In this document: positions 50,481 to 63,240 of the stretch, one piece after another
How positions within the stretch are numbered: position 1 is the stretch's first letter
How the letters are laid out: every line of letters starts with the position of its first letter
Source: Phoronis australis
Lineage: Eukaryota; Animalia; Phoronida
DNA: 64,000 nucleotides
Assembly (NCBI GenBank): GCA_002633005.1
Contig: NMRA01000358.1
Span: forward strand, 186,001-250,000
Direction of reading: 5' to 3'
Translations under genes and position numbers: made by a program
The notes under the pieces: generated by a model
What the model saw: only the letters and a program-made list of their open reading frames with translations
Databases searched by the model: none
What the model was told of the DNA's origin: nothing

Positions 50481-52198
50481 TGAGAATAGGTCTTCACCTA
50501 GCACATATTTAGACCCATGCGCTTCTGTGTTATTGCATATATGTCAACCATTTTTTGTTCTAACCATGTCAACTTTTGTAAAAAAAACATAGCACTGACG
50601 AAAACGAGTCAAAAAATTGTCAAATGCATTGCATGTACCAGCTTTCCTATTAGGGTTCTTGCACCTAGTAATTGTGAGTGTTGTTATACTCCTTGGCAAC
50701 TCATTTTGCCTTGTCTAGGAAGGCTCGTGAAATGAAATTATTTCAACAAAAGAGATTGCCAGTAAAAGCCAAATCGAAGGTTTAAAAACGTTATCGTGAA
50801 CATCGGCAAAAATGCGTACTAATTACCGAAAAATACGAAGCATTTTGGCGCTACGCCGTAGCACTACAGAAACGGCAAAAATGTGTAGGAAATGCTCAAT
50901 TCCAGTGCTGGTTGACAACGGTATGGCATTGAAGTTGCGCCTAAATTCAGAATACCACGTGCACGCGTCTGTAGGTAGAATAGGCCAACTTGAGCTCAAA
51001 TTCGAGAGCAGGTTTTAAAATACCACTTTTAAGTGACGTTTGACTTGTAAATTTTACAACAAAAACCAACGCGAAGCGTATAATGGCGCCCACGACTGCA
51101 TCGCAAGCGGTGTATATTTAGGGGTGTTAATGTAGTATCGCAAAAATGGGCATTAGATGGCGCAGAATATGTCCAACCCGAAAATGGGAAGGTGTCGTCG
51201 TCTCCCGAATAGAAAATTTTCTGTCAAATTTTATGAAAATACACAGGCAAACGTGTTTAAAAATTGCCTTTAGGAGACACGATGGTAGTCGAATCCGCCC
51301 ATCTGTGGTCACGTTACAAGGAATAGTCTTGTCAATTTTCCAAAAGACCTCGCAAGGGTTTTAAAGATACAACTATAGATGTACAAATGCCATTGGGGGC
51401 AGAACAATTGTTGAGCCTACGTGAAAACCCTAGTGAGTCTTCAGTCATGGGTTCACCCAGGAAGGTCTCGGGGGGGCTCCAATTTGGCGAATTGGGCAAA
51501 AAGGTCCGCCTCAATGAAAAAAGTCCGAGTAAACAACACATAAGTCCACAAAGGACACACGAAATCGGTGCAGATGCACAATTTGGCCTGAAACTAGTGG
51601 CCCAGTTTTTTTAGACCTCGTTGATTTTGTTCAGTAAAAGGTCCCCATGATGAGAAATTTATTTGAGCCCCCCCTAAATCTTAGGCTGGTTGCGGGCATG
51701 TCAGTAGACACAAATCTTGTCAAATTTCATAACGATCCTATACAGATGCAGATGAGGACAGCCGTCTGCGTCTACTGAGGCACATGCCACTTTGACACGT
51801 GTACGTGAGTGTTACAATATTTCTGAAAAATATTGATACCAAATGGACGTATCGGTTACAGAATGGCGATGTACTAAGAAATAAATCGCACTTTTTCTTG
51901 ACGACTTAAGACGACTACGGTCCTTGTAAAGGGCTCTTTTGAGCACTGACGAGGCTGAACCTTGTTGGAAATGTTTCTGCTCAAATTGTACTTGTTTCTT
52001 ATTGTTGAGATGGCTCTTGTTGTTTTCGAGTACTTACTAGAGTTATGAAGTTTGGAGCATCTGATGAGATGCTACTCAGGCTCTGGCAAGTGTCGTCTAT
52101 TTCACCAAGCTCTATCGACCCACTGCTGGAAACCAGGAGAGTTGGATGTCAAATGTTGATGCATTGTGGAACTCCGTTAAAGTAACATCATAGGTTAA

Positions 52199-53875
52199 AG
52201 GAGCATGCCACCCAAAAAACAACCTAATTTGTATCAATTTAGATCGAGTAGTTCTACTCCATAACGACACGTACGGTTGCGTTACCTGACACCTGACGGC
52301 AGACGGAGGTGTTGAAATTATCCAATGACGTCATCGGTTTCATACGCAGTTCAGCAGTTCACAACACGGGTTACTGGTGTCAGCTTATCGCTTGAAGTCA
52401 TCATTTAACACTAATAAATCATCAACTTCGATGTAAAACCCTTAAAAATACACCGAGTTCTTATAAGAACGTGTTTTATTTCGCTCTTACGGATTTATTG
52501 GTATTTGGACACACCGTAGCCTACAGTTAGTTCGGCAGGCCAATAAGCTCCATAGCAGGAGTTTGGAGTCTGTTCGGAGATAATTTCGAAGTGTTTTCCG
52601 TGAGATACAGTTAGGAGAACCTAGATCTGTGTTGTTTAGACTTGTGATTTTTTGATTTCTAAACACAAAACGCTTGTTATCCTGGCCAGTGGCTCGGAGC
52701 CCGATCAGGCCCCTCGCGGCCGGCCGGATTGACTCATTTTCCCGGCCAGTGGCTCGGAAACTGATCAGACATCACGAACATAAACCAGCCAAAGTTCAGT
52801 GGAAACTAAACTGGCAGTCAAGAAAAAAATACTATACTAGTGTGCCAAAGTAATGTGCACCTGATTATGTTGGTGAATTAGCCACGAAACTGCAAATCTA
52901 CTAGTACTCGTCGGGGGCCGCGAATTCAGGTTCCGCTTTGGCCACAGCATTGAGGGCAGAAGTTGTACATTGACAATCATTATTTGAGTAATGTAAAATG
53001 AAATAAAGATTCCCATAACACCTGGCCGTGGGATTGAAATTGAGTTGTTTCACAACAGTTTCTCAGGCTGCCAGCATACACTACGAGCTCACACGGCCTC
53101 GGTGTCCCGTCAATTAGTTTTATTGCACCCGCTAAAGCCGGAAGCGCAGTGATTTATTCATTGCTGGCTTCTCAAATCATTTCCACTCACGAACACTACA
53201 AAGGCATTAGAAACTGCATCTAATGAGATGGACTTTGTTTCAGTTTTATATAAGTATTGGTTAGGGTGAGAATAATTCATTTTGAAACAGAACGCTCAGT
53301 AATAAACGTCAACATGGCAACTCGCAATCCCGACTTAGGACGAGCTAGAGCTCATCAGTCCTGACTTCGCAGGTGGATCGCTTAGTTTTACTGGCTATCA
53401 ATTCGAACAGGAATACAGTGATGAAGAAATGCTAGAGAGGCGCCGTGAACAAGCTCAGACAACGGAACGTATGGAGTTATCTGATAAGCCGGCATTCGTC
53501 AGGCACTGTCGACGTCTGCAGGCCACAGACACGGAGATGTTTCACGGCCTCATACTTGCTATTTACAGTGTACATTTCATTCTCCACTACCATGAGCCAC
53601 TTCCTAAGCATTTCGGACTTTCGAGGAAGTAAAAAAAAAAACGTTATACCCGCTTTCCTCGCAGCTGCTTAGTTCGGACAAGCGGGAACGATGCACCGCA
53701 ACGTAGTGGCATTCACTCTACAAATGAACCACTGACGTCGCTAGCGTCGTTTCTCACCTTCCTCACAGGTTAACGCGACACCTCTTGGCAAGGTAAGGTC
53801 GACCGTATACGAGGCGAAGGGGATATAGACCGATTAAGACGGCAAAAGACTAATTAAATCGAGTGGCATTCTCCT
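52199..53875 (+). mobile_element. Kolobok-like non-autonomous DNA transposon, copy 1
   Basis: TTAA TSD; TIRs AGGAGCATGCCAC / GTGGCATTCTCCT; colinear with copy 2. Confidence 0.85.
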
Positions 53876-55385
53876 TTAAGAGACATATGATATCAGCTAT
53901 TAGGCCGTGGGTAATAGGTCATGGGAGACTTATAAAGGCATCCCTGTTACTCTTTTTGGGGACAATGTTTTTGCCATCACAAACTACTTACTAGCATGAC
54001 ATGTTCAAAATCAATGAAATTAGATGTCCCTATGGCGTGATACTGCAAATTATTCCTCGGTTGACATCTAGCCGTAAAACACACACACAGTTTTATTTTT
54101 TACATAAAATGCAAATTAAGGAAATTTCTGAATTCATGAATGTCACCGGGTGGTCTAAGCTGGAACTATTATTGCAAACATTTTAATATTGTCATTGACG
54201 TTGTAAAGAGAAATATGTTAAGAAACTCACTATCTTGACTTCATAGGGCCCATTTTCAGTGTTAGTGAACAACAGACGATGATTCGTCTCGTCAATCCGG
54301 CCCTACTTGGTGAAGTTATCCCCCCGTATTACTCCGGTGTTTCTGGTGAGATTCTTGCACCAAGATTGTGTAACAGGCTGGTAACTACAATGCATTCAAG
54401 TTTCGGTGTGTTCAAGAGTACCAGAGTGTAACTGCTCCGAATTTAGAATTGCTTTTTTACAAAAAAATAATCTCTGGTAATTGTTTCCACATGCAGCCTC
54501 TGTTAGCATTGCAGTATAATGGTGAACATATCGAAAACGAGCCCATTTGGTCGAATTTTTACTATTCTAAATTACGATCTGACTTCTATGCGCATTTCAA
54601 CATTTTAAACTGTTTCTTGTTTCTCTCCTTTTCTGTATATATTCTGAGATGAACATTTCAAGTGTTTTTCAATGAGTTCAGTTGCATGCTGGCCACTTTT
54701 GGATTGCCTTAGTTCTATTTCCCCGATTCTATGTTGGCGTTTATTTAAAACGTTTTCTACATTTTAGTGTTATGGCTTAAAAGGAAAAAAATAACCGTAC
54801 CGCATTCCATGAAATGGAGATTGTGTTATGTTGTTGTAAAATAAATTAAGTTGATTTCAACTAAAGAAGACAAGAAATTTCTTCTCTAATAGGTCTTCTG
54901 AATTAGGTCACGTTTAACATCAGGTACTACACTTGGATTTGCCTATTGTTTAGTATGACGTCGTTGTGAAATGCGATGTCGCGCGATGTTATTCGATACT
55001 AAACTAACAAAAACGCGAAATAAGTGTTTTGTCGAACCCCCGTAACTGCCGGTTTTTAGGTTGCAAGACATTTTTAAATCCGTAATTCATGAAACTTTTA
55101 AACAATTACCGAAGGGATGGGCGTAGATACAGCTTTCGACGGGCAACCGGGATAACATGGAAGACCAGTCAACCCTTGGAGGGGCTTCCCGAGAAATTTC
55201 ATAAGTTGTTCGTTTAAACGTGAATTCTGGTTCATTTCACTGTTAGCTTGTCAAGGTTTATGAGCTAACTTGCACTCCAAAATTTCTTCACTAAGAAACA
55301 GTCTGAGAGCAATTTCATAACGGCCAGTGGTCTAAATGAAAAATTTGCTTGTGAAGGAAGGCGGGTTTATACTAAGCTGCCTTAA

Positions 55386-56991
55386 AGGAGCATGCCACCC
55401 AAAAACAACCTAATTTGTATAAATTTAGATCGAGTAGTTCTACTCGATAACTGCACGTACGGTTGCGCTACCTAACTCCTGACGGCAGAGGGAGGTGTTG
55501 AATTATCCAATGACGTAATTGGTTTCACACGCAGTCTGTTCAGCAGTTCACAACACGGGTTACTGGTGTCAGCTTATCGCTTGGATTCATCGTTTAACAC
55601 CAATAAATCATCAAACTTCGATGTAAAACCCTTAAAAATACACCGAGTTCTTATAAAAACGTGTTGTTTTATTTCGCTGTTACGGATTCATTGGTATTTG
55701 GACACCGACACCGTAGCCTACAGAGTTCGGCAGGCAAGGTCCGTAGCAGGAGTTCGGGGTCTGTTCGGAGATAAATTCGAAGTATTTTTCCGTGAGATAC
55801 AAACAGGAGAACCTAGATTTGTTTTGTTTAAACTTTTTGAGTTCTAAACTCACAAAACGCTTGTTATCCTGGCCAGTGGCTCGGAGCCCGATCAGGCCCG
55901 TCGCGGCCGGACCTGGCTCGTTATCCCGGCCAGTGGCTCGGAAACCGGCGGGACTGAAGACATCACGAACATAAATCAGCCAAAGTTGGAAACTAAGCTT
56001 CCAGTCAAGAAAATACTATACTAGTGAGCCAAAGAAGTAATGTGCACGTGATTTTGTTGGTGAATTAGCCACGAAACTGCAAATCTACTTACTCGACCGT
56101 CGGGGGCTGCGAATTCAGGTTTCGCTTTAGCAACAGAACCGTCAGGGTAGAAGTTGTACATTGAAAATCTTTATTTGAATAATGTAAATGTAGGATTCCC
56201 CTAACCCCTGGACGTAGGATAGAAATCGAGTTGTTGCACAACAGTCTCTGTCAGCAAACACTGAATTCATGAGCTCACACGACCTCGGTGTCCCGTCAGT
56301 TAGCTTCTCAAATCATTTGCACTCACAAGCACTCCAAAGGCATTACAAATTGCATCTAATGAGACAGACCTTGTTTCAGTTTTATATTGGTTAGGGTGAT
56401 AATGATTCATTTTGAAACAAAACGCTCAGTAATAAAAGTCAATATGCCAAGTGGCAACTCGCAATCCCGACTTAGACGAGAGCTCATCCCGAGGAGGACT
56501 TCGCAGGTGGATCGTTAAGTTTCACAGGCTATCAGTTCGAACCGGTACAATGATAAAGAAATACTAGAGAGGCGCCGTGAACAAGCTTAGGCAACGGAAC
56601 GTATGGATAGCTTTTGGTAAGCCGGCATGTCGACGACTGCAGGCCACAGACACGGAGATGTTTCACGGCCTCATACTTGCTATTTTACAGCATATTTTTC
56701 ATTCTTTACTACTGCGAGCCACTTCCTAAGCATTTCGAACTCTCTAGGAAGTCGAAAAAACGATATACCTGCTTTTCTCGCAGCTGCATAGTTCGGACAA
56801 GCGGGAACGATGCACCGCAACATAGCGGCATTCACTCTGCAAATGAACCACTGACGTCGCTGCGTCGTTTCTCACCTTCCTTACATGTTAACGCGACACC
56901 TCTCGGCAAGGTAAGGTCGACCGTATGCGAGGCGATGTGGATATAGACCGATTAAGACGGCAAAAAAGACTAAATCGGGTGACATTCTCCT
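55386..56991 (+). mobile_element. Kolobok-like non-autonomous DNA transposon, copy 2
   Basis: TTAA TSD; TIRs AGGAGCATGCCACCC / GGGTGACATTCTCCT; same orientation as copy 1 but different flanks. Confidence 0.85.
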
Positions 56992-59900
56992 TTAATAGAA
57001 TCTCAGTCGTGTCACACCAAGTGAAGGAATCCCGACATCACGGAGTCTTTATAAGTAGCTGTTATTGCGATGTCCTGTATATAACGATCTTCGCCAATAT
57101 ACTAACCTGCTACCAGAAATAGTCGACGATACGTTTGTAAATACAATGAAAAAGTAACACTGAAGAGTTATAACTGTTCTTAAAAGAAGCCCGAGTAAAT
57201 TTTTATGAAAATCTGAAGACGCGAATCTGTTCTCAAAATTTAAAATGTGTGGGCGTGTGTATATAACTGCTTTTATATTATGCTGTGTTTAATGGACAGT
57301 GGCCTTCTTACCTGAAAATAAATTGAATGATTCAAGGTAACGTCTATTACCGAGTAAAACAATTCTTAAGTCATAGGCTCTGTGATCTGGATGAAAAGTG
57401 GCGCTTACCTGTGTTTGTTCCGTTTCACCATCAGAGCAGGCACAGAGACCAGAAAAGCGGCCACCAGTGCACCACAAGGAATACCTATGAGCAGCAGACC
57501 TACCTCCCACTCTGCATAGCACTTGTTGAAAATGTCCACTGCCTGGCATCTGTAAAGAATGATGGGGCTCAAGTAGGTATCATCACACAGCTCTTGTAGA
57601 GTATTATTCAAATATGGACCGATTCCGAGGGTGATATCAGGTCACCTGGACCGTGAGAGAAAGATAGCAATGTTGCCCGACCCCTGCCGAATACCAATTC
57701 GTTTCCGGAGCATTATACGTCCACAGATGCTTCTTTCCTCTAATTTTTTAACTGTTATTAATTAGGCACACGTTACCTGTTTTGATGCACTGTCAGCATT
57801 TGCTCACTTTGTTTACTATACTCCCATGAGACATTGGTGGGCATTCTTACTGCGCTGATGCCACCATTCGTCGACCAGACAAAGTAGAAGGTCACGTGCC
57901 GAAACGATGCCAAAAACTTCCCGTCAGATCGGGGAGGCATCTTTATTGCAATGCTACGGCGACTTAAATGGTCCTAAAATGCGCGTTAAATCCCCATAAT
58001 CGTGATGCAACGGTCACCTTTGTCACGGGGTTCTTTGGACAATACGGAACAAACCTCGATCTGTTGGTCAACCGCCTCGTAACGGAAGCCACTGCGTTTT
58101 AACCAATCAAGGTGCAAAGCACTTAGTGATCACGTGATGATTAAAGCTGCTGCTGATACAGCTGCTCTTTCGTGGCCGACGTACCCTTATTCAGAAATGA
58201 ATGTGAGTCTTGCATAGTACCTGCAGCGCGCGTGCCCTTGGCTGTCTAACAAGCACACTCTGTTTTCTTGGCAGTTGCGTCTCTGGCACTGAAGCTGTAT
58301 ATACGAAGTAACCGATGAAACGTTAACAGCTTCGGAACCTGTCTTGGTAAAGGTGGGTGCACTTACACTAAGTGGTCTGGCGGAAACAGCAAGACTGACA
58401 AAGATAACTACAGTTACACACCAGTCCCCCATTTCGCCCACCGAGACGCTGCCAGTGTTCGCCGAATGCAAGCCTTGTAAGCAACGAGTACTGAACCCAG
58501 TTCATCTGTTTTCATTCACGTGACATCATTTTTACAACGGCAATGACAAATACCTGAATGCACCAGCATTATCGGTCAGCATTCATAGCGGAACTATCTG
58601 ACGAGACCAAGCATCACCACTTATTTACAGAGAAGTCATGTGTTTAACACTCGCCTGTTCCACTGAGGTGCAGTGTAAAACCTGAGCACGACTACTTCCT
58701 CGCTGACGGGACACCTCCGTCTACAAACTCTTCACTGTCCTGTAGTATTTTAGTGTAGTCAGGGAATCTACCGTGACGCTTTATGAGGCCCCGAGCACCA
58801 GAGGGGCCCCCAACTAATACGGTATAAGGCTCTGCACACGCCAACATTTCGTTTTCGACTTTTTATCAAAATCGTAAACTGCTAATCGGATTACGTAGTG
58901 ACAGCAATCCAAAGACGTAGTTCATTGAAAATCAGACGTCCTTTATTTCAATCAAGTCGCATTCGGCTTTTTCGCTTGAACATTCCAGTCGCAACACCTG
59001 CCTCCACAATCAGATTAGTCGTATACGACAGTCAATTACAAAACTGTTTCGAATGGGACTTTAAGACTGCTTTCTCTACATTCCGATTTTCGTGTAAGAC
59101 TCTAGACGAAGTTTTAGATCGAAAAGCGTGTCGGAACACGTGTCTATACTGTCCGGTTAGTCGTAAACGACGGTCACAAACATTGCTGAGCCGTTTACAA
59201 AAATCGGAAACGTGTATGCGGAACTTCTGTGCCCGGTTGCATGAAACAGTCCTAAACAGGGACTCAGCTAAGTTCCCTAAATCTGTTCGGTATTTGAGTC
59301 ATTCTTTAATCACAGATGTTATTTTTTATTATTTCATCTTGACGATGAGCTCCTCTCAGACTAGTGATATAACTAAAACTAAGCTCTGACTTCAATGAAA
59401 ACAAATAGGGACTTAGTTCTGAAATTAGGGACGCTGCATGAAAACCTATTTATTTTCGACAATATTGAAATTTCAATGTAGAGTTCACTCTCGATTTGTA
59501 TCAAAGACAAAAACTGACGTACAAACTAAAATAGTAGAAGAAAAGACAATCATTTTTTCACAAGTCCACAAATACGCAGTAGATCTAGGGAACTTAGTTG
59601 AGTCCCTATGTGGGACTGTTTCATGCAACCGGGCACAGGGCCCCTGCATCTACTAACAGCGGTAGGGGTGCTGTTCAAAGTATTGAAGAGCGTGGAAATC
59701 TGGGTAGAGTTCAATAGCTGTCTCGCCGCGGGAAAAATCTTACACAAAATCACGCGCTCTCATTGAAGATACACAGCAATATCCCAGCGTATTTTAGTAG
59801 CTTTTTAGTGAGGTACTAACGTTACTGCACTCAACCCAGATGTGCGTTTCGTAGATTCAACAAAAGCAATACCACACAAAAACTCGAGTACAAATTGAGT

Positions 59901-61493
59901 GTTTCGCTCGGCAAAATACTACCGTGCCGTGATTGATCGACGAATTTGGGATGTGTTGATGTCCGAATTCGTTGCGTCCGTTCTAAAGCTTGCTCACCTC
60001 GAGCAAATATGATTGGAAGTTGCTAGAGAAAGCACATTTTGTGGGTGAGTTAGTTTGTGTCTGCATTAAGCTTAGACGCTCTTGACGCAAACTTGAGTAG
60101 GCCAGCAGCTGTTTACTTTGACAGTTCTACGACCTTTTTGCAACTTGTTTAAAAACATGTTTTGTTGTTGACTGAAACATAAGAGCACAAACACTGTCGT
60201 GAAGTTGAAGTGCATGTACTTACAAGTATGTTGTATAGAACTTATCTCTATGGAAACCTCGTCGGTGAATTTAAATTTAACATGCGCGTGCGTCAAACGA
60301 AATAAGTGGGGCTTGCTTTGTCAATGATACTTCAATGATTTGTAGAAAAGGATCGATTTACCCTCAAGAAACAGAACTATCAAAAAATAATCTATTCAAG
60401 TATTTACGGATAGATGATCTTCGATGGTGAATTAGCCAAGACACGTTTTCACTCTACGATAGGTTGTTGAAATAGATGTATTGTTGCTTGTAAATCTACA
60501 AAAACATCAAAAATCAAAATTTCCCACGTAGTATAGTTCTCGAATAAGTCACTCATTTGGCACATGGAATGCATTTTAAGAATTGGCAAGGGTAGCAATG
60601 AAAAACAGAGATATCATTTTATACAATAAATGCACTGCCACGAAGGTCGGCATTGATCTAAGTTAGAAATAATTACTACAAACGTTTTTTATCTAAAGAA
60701 GTAAGTACGTTTCACATTGACGGGAAGGCTTCTGTTAAAAATGCGTTAGTCAAACTAACGACACGTTGGGTATGAGAGGGTGGAAGTTAATAATTGTTGG
60801 CGAAAGAGTCTCGCTGTCCAACGAATTATTCTCAAGGCCAGGTGGCTGAACGGTCACACAAACTTACGCCGCCACAAAAATAAAGATTTTAAGTAAAACC
60901 GCCAGCTGTTCCCCCAGGCTAAATTTTATGTATTTCATAGATTCAAAGCCACGGACTCGGTTTCTAGCATAATATTATTATTGCAGAGGCACAGTTACAA
61001 AAATTTCTTGAGAAATTGATGATATTTTGCAAACTTATGCTTGGATTCCTGAAGTTGATCTGACTCTGGGCTCGACACCAGTTTACCAGAGTGACTGCGA
61101 CGCCTCAGTGAACCGCTTCCTGTTGGCGCCCCACTCAGGTGCACCCGTAAGCTGCACCTGTTGAAGATCCTACTCAGGTGCACTCGAATGTTTTCTTGGA
61201 GGATTCAAGTCGGAGAGGATACCCACACAGTCCACACGAGGTAGCCTCTTTATCTGCGGTCGCGCGATGACAAACTGAAATGAAAGAAGTCATAATCTTC
61301 GGCGTACGTGAGGAGAGTCAATTCATGCCTACGTATTCTACCGTCGATCCATTCACAGATTCTGCCGTACTTTATTTTGTCTCTCTATATCGGTTGTCTC
61401 TCAGTCTATTGGTAGTTAAGTTTTCGTTTTTGGACAACAAAATAGGTTCCTCAGCCATTAGTCATATGATTTGAATCTGATTCCGCCAGTAGC

Positions 61494-61789
61494 CAGTGGC
61501 GGATTTAGGGGAGGGGGGGCAAGGGAGCCATGCCCCCCCCGCCCCTAAAACTGTACCAGACACCATTTGGGAGTTTGGTTGCGAACTGCTGACTAGCACA
61601 GCGGGCGAATAAACAGTGCATAGGCCCTGAACAAACCCCGTTTACCGTTTTTTTTTAGTAAAAAGGTCAGCAAACACAAAGTTCGAGACCCCTGCATCCG
61701 TACGTGTTAGGCTGGGCGCGCGCATCTGCCGAAATTCTGCTTATTCCTGTGCCCTGCCCCCCCAACTCAAAATCCTGGATCCGCCCGTG
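61494..61789. mobile_element. MITE with CAGTGGCGGAT-type TIRs and 5-bp TSD
   Basis: GTAGC duplicated; ends CAGTGGCGGATTTAGG / CCTGGATCCGCCCGTG. A near-identical right end also occurs at 45594-45632 beside the gap. Confidence 0.8.
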
Positions 61790-62123
61790 GTAGCATTTAG
61801 ATGGAACAGAACTGATTCCTGTCTGACTCATACCGGCTTCGCAACGACAGGAGCTAAATTTTTAAGTGAAGTGCAGAAGTTTTATGATTTATGTTTTTTG
61901 TTTTTTTCCATTAAGGACTTGTTCAACAAATGGCCAAATTAATAATAAGTGCCTCAGGCTTGAAATGATCTAAACAGTCAGCTCCAATCAACTTACTGAA
62001 TAGATATTTGTAAACATACGCGCATATGCATTTAATATGGTAAATCTTATTTAAAGTGAGTCGGAGGATTATTGATGAAGAACTATATCAATGTAATTTT
62101 TCCACAACTGGTTGTGAAAAAAG

Positions 62124-63240
62124 TCACCCGTCTGAGCTACATGTTTTGCTTATCTTTTCTATGGGTCTGAGCTCACTCACCACAGGTTGTCTACCAGCGG
62201 TTATTCCTACCTTTGTTTCTGTGTCTAGTTTTGCCAAATTTGGGACGAAAGTGACTTCTGCAGGTAAAACAGAGTCCTTTCGGCGGAACATCACTTTGGA
62301 CGACCGTCTGATACAATGATATTTCGAAGCGCCAATGGTTTCCTAAAATATATAAACTACATACGCTCACATTCAGCCTATGTTAGACACGTAACCTGTC
62401 TGTAAATAAGTACTCACATGTGTATGTATGATGGATGACAACGAAGGACTAATCAGTGAAATACCGAAGAAAAATGCTGAAAAAGCACCCCTTCCCCTCC
62501 TGAAAGGCACTATTGCTCTTTTGTAATGTGCGGAAGGATGACAAAACCCCGAAAACAATAAAATTGGCCACCAGATGGCGCAGAATACGTAAAAAGTGCC
62601 CGAAATGTAAAGACGATTTCATAATAGAAATCTATTTGTTAAATTTCATGAAAATCAGCCAATAAAGATAGAGAGGAAAACCTAAACATAAAATTGCCAC
62701 TGTGGGACGCAGAACGATCCATCCGACGGTGGTCGTCATCCGTTGTTATCACACTTGAAATTTCACACAAATCCTGCAAAGAATTAATGAAATATTGCAG
62801 AGCACCAAGAAAACAAAACTGGATTGCTACTAGGAAGCGCCAAAATAGTCAGGTGCGTTCAAAAATCGACGTCAATTTGCCGTGGTCCTTTGTAGGAACT
62901 CGTCTACTAATTTTGATGATGATTTTTCGAGTAGTTCAGAGGATGAGAGGTGGAAGTCAAAAACGGAATCGAAAGTAATATGAATGGCCACTAGATAGCG
63001 CGTAACCAGTCGAATCTGTCTGAAACTTGGATGGTGTTGCCTATCTGTTAACCTCCGACGACGCAAGGGTAAACGAAAAAAATAGAATCGCCAACTGGCG
63101 ATACAGCGGTAGCCGGATCGGTGCGAAGTGGTGACACAGTAAGTACGTAAGTTACGAAACAGTCGCTTCCCTTGCTTTTTCGTTCCCGCAAAGACGCCTG
63201 CAGATTTTCAGTCCCAATCCCGTTATATAACAAGTTGTCC
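62124..63240 (-). pseudogene. Exon-like fragments of a further minus-strand gene, possibly a decayed paralog of the EGF-TM gene
   Basis: Phase-compatible exons 62418-62499 and 62124-62342 (73 codons to TGA) across a 75-nt GT-AG intron. Upstream piece ~63053-63240 gives YNGIGTENLQASLRE and, in another frame, YRCIASW, weakly like LGIGPYLNNTLQE and NKCYAEW in the 57.5-kb exon. Confidence 0.3.

Larger units (their letters stand above)
52000..58432 (-). pseudogene. Disrupted gene for a signal-peptide / EGF-like / single-pass membrane protein
   Basis: Exon 58221-58432 (MGDWCVTVVIFVSLAVSA...CQRRNCQENRVCLLDSQGHARCR). Exon 57777-57940 (CLPDLTGSF, then a 1-nt frameshift at the expected 6th EGF Cys). 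Exon 57409-57645 (in-frame TGA at 57642-57644, then ...VGLLLIGIPCGALVAAFLVSVPALMVKRNKHR: TM plus basic stop-transfer). Probable exon 54231-54384 (in-frame TAG). A possible last exon starts at 53943 and is interrupted by a transposon; the 3' part is uncertain. Confidence 0.6.

Noticed and set aside
57642-57644. In-frame TGA giving C-R-U-P-D if exon 58221 is spliced directly to 57645 (selenocysteine hypothesis)
   Set aside because: The intervening exon 57777-57940 supplies the proper CRCLPD EGF continuation, other lesions (frameshift, TAG) indicate decay, and no SECIS element was recognised.
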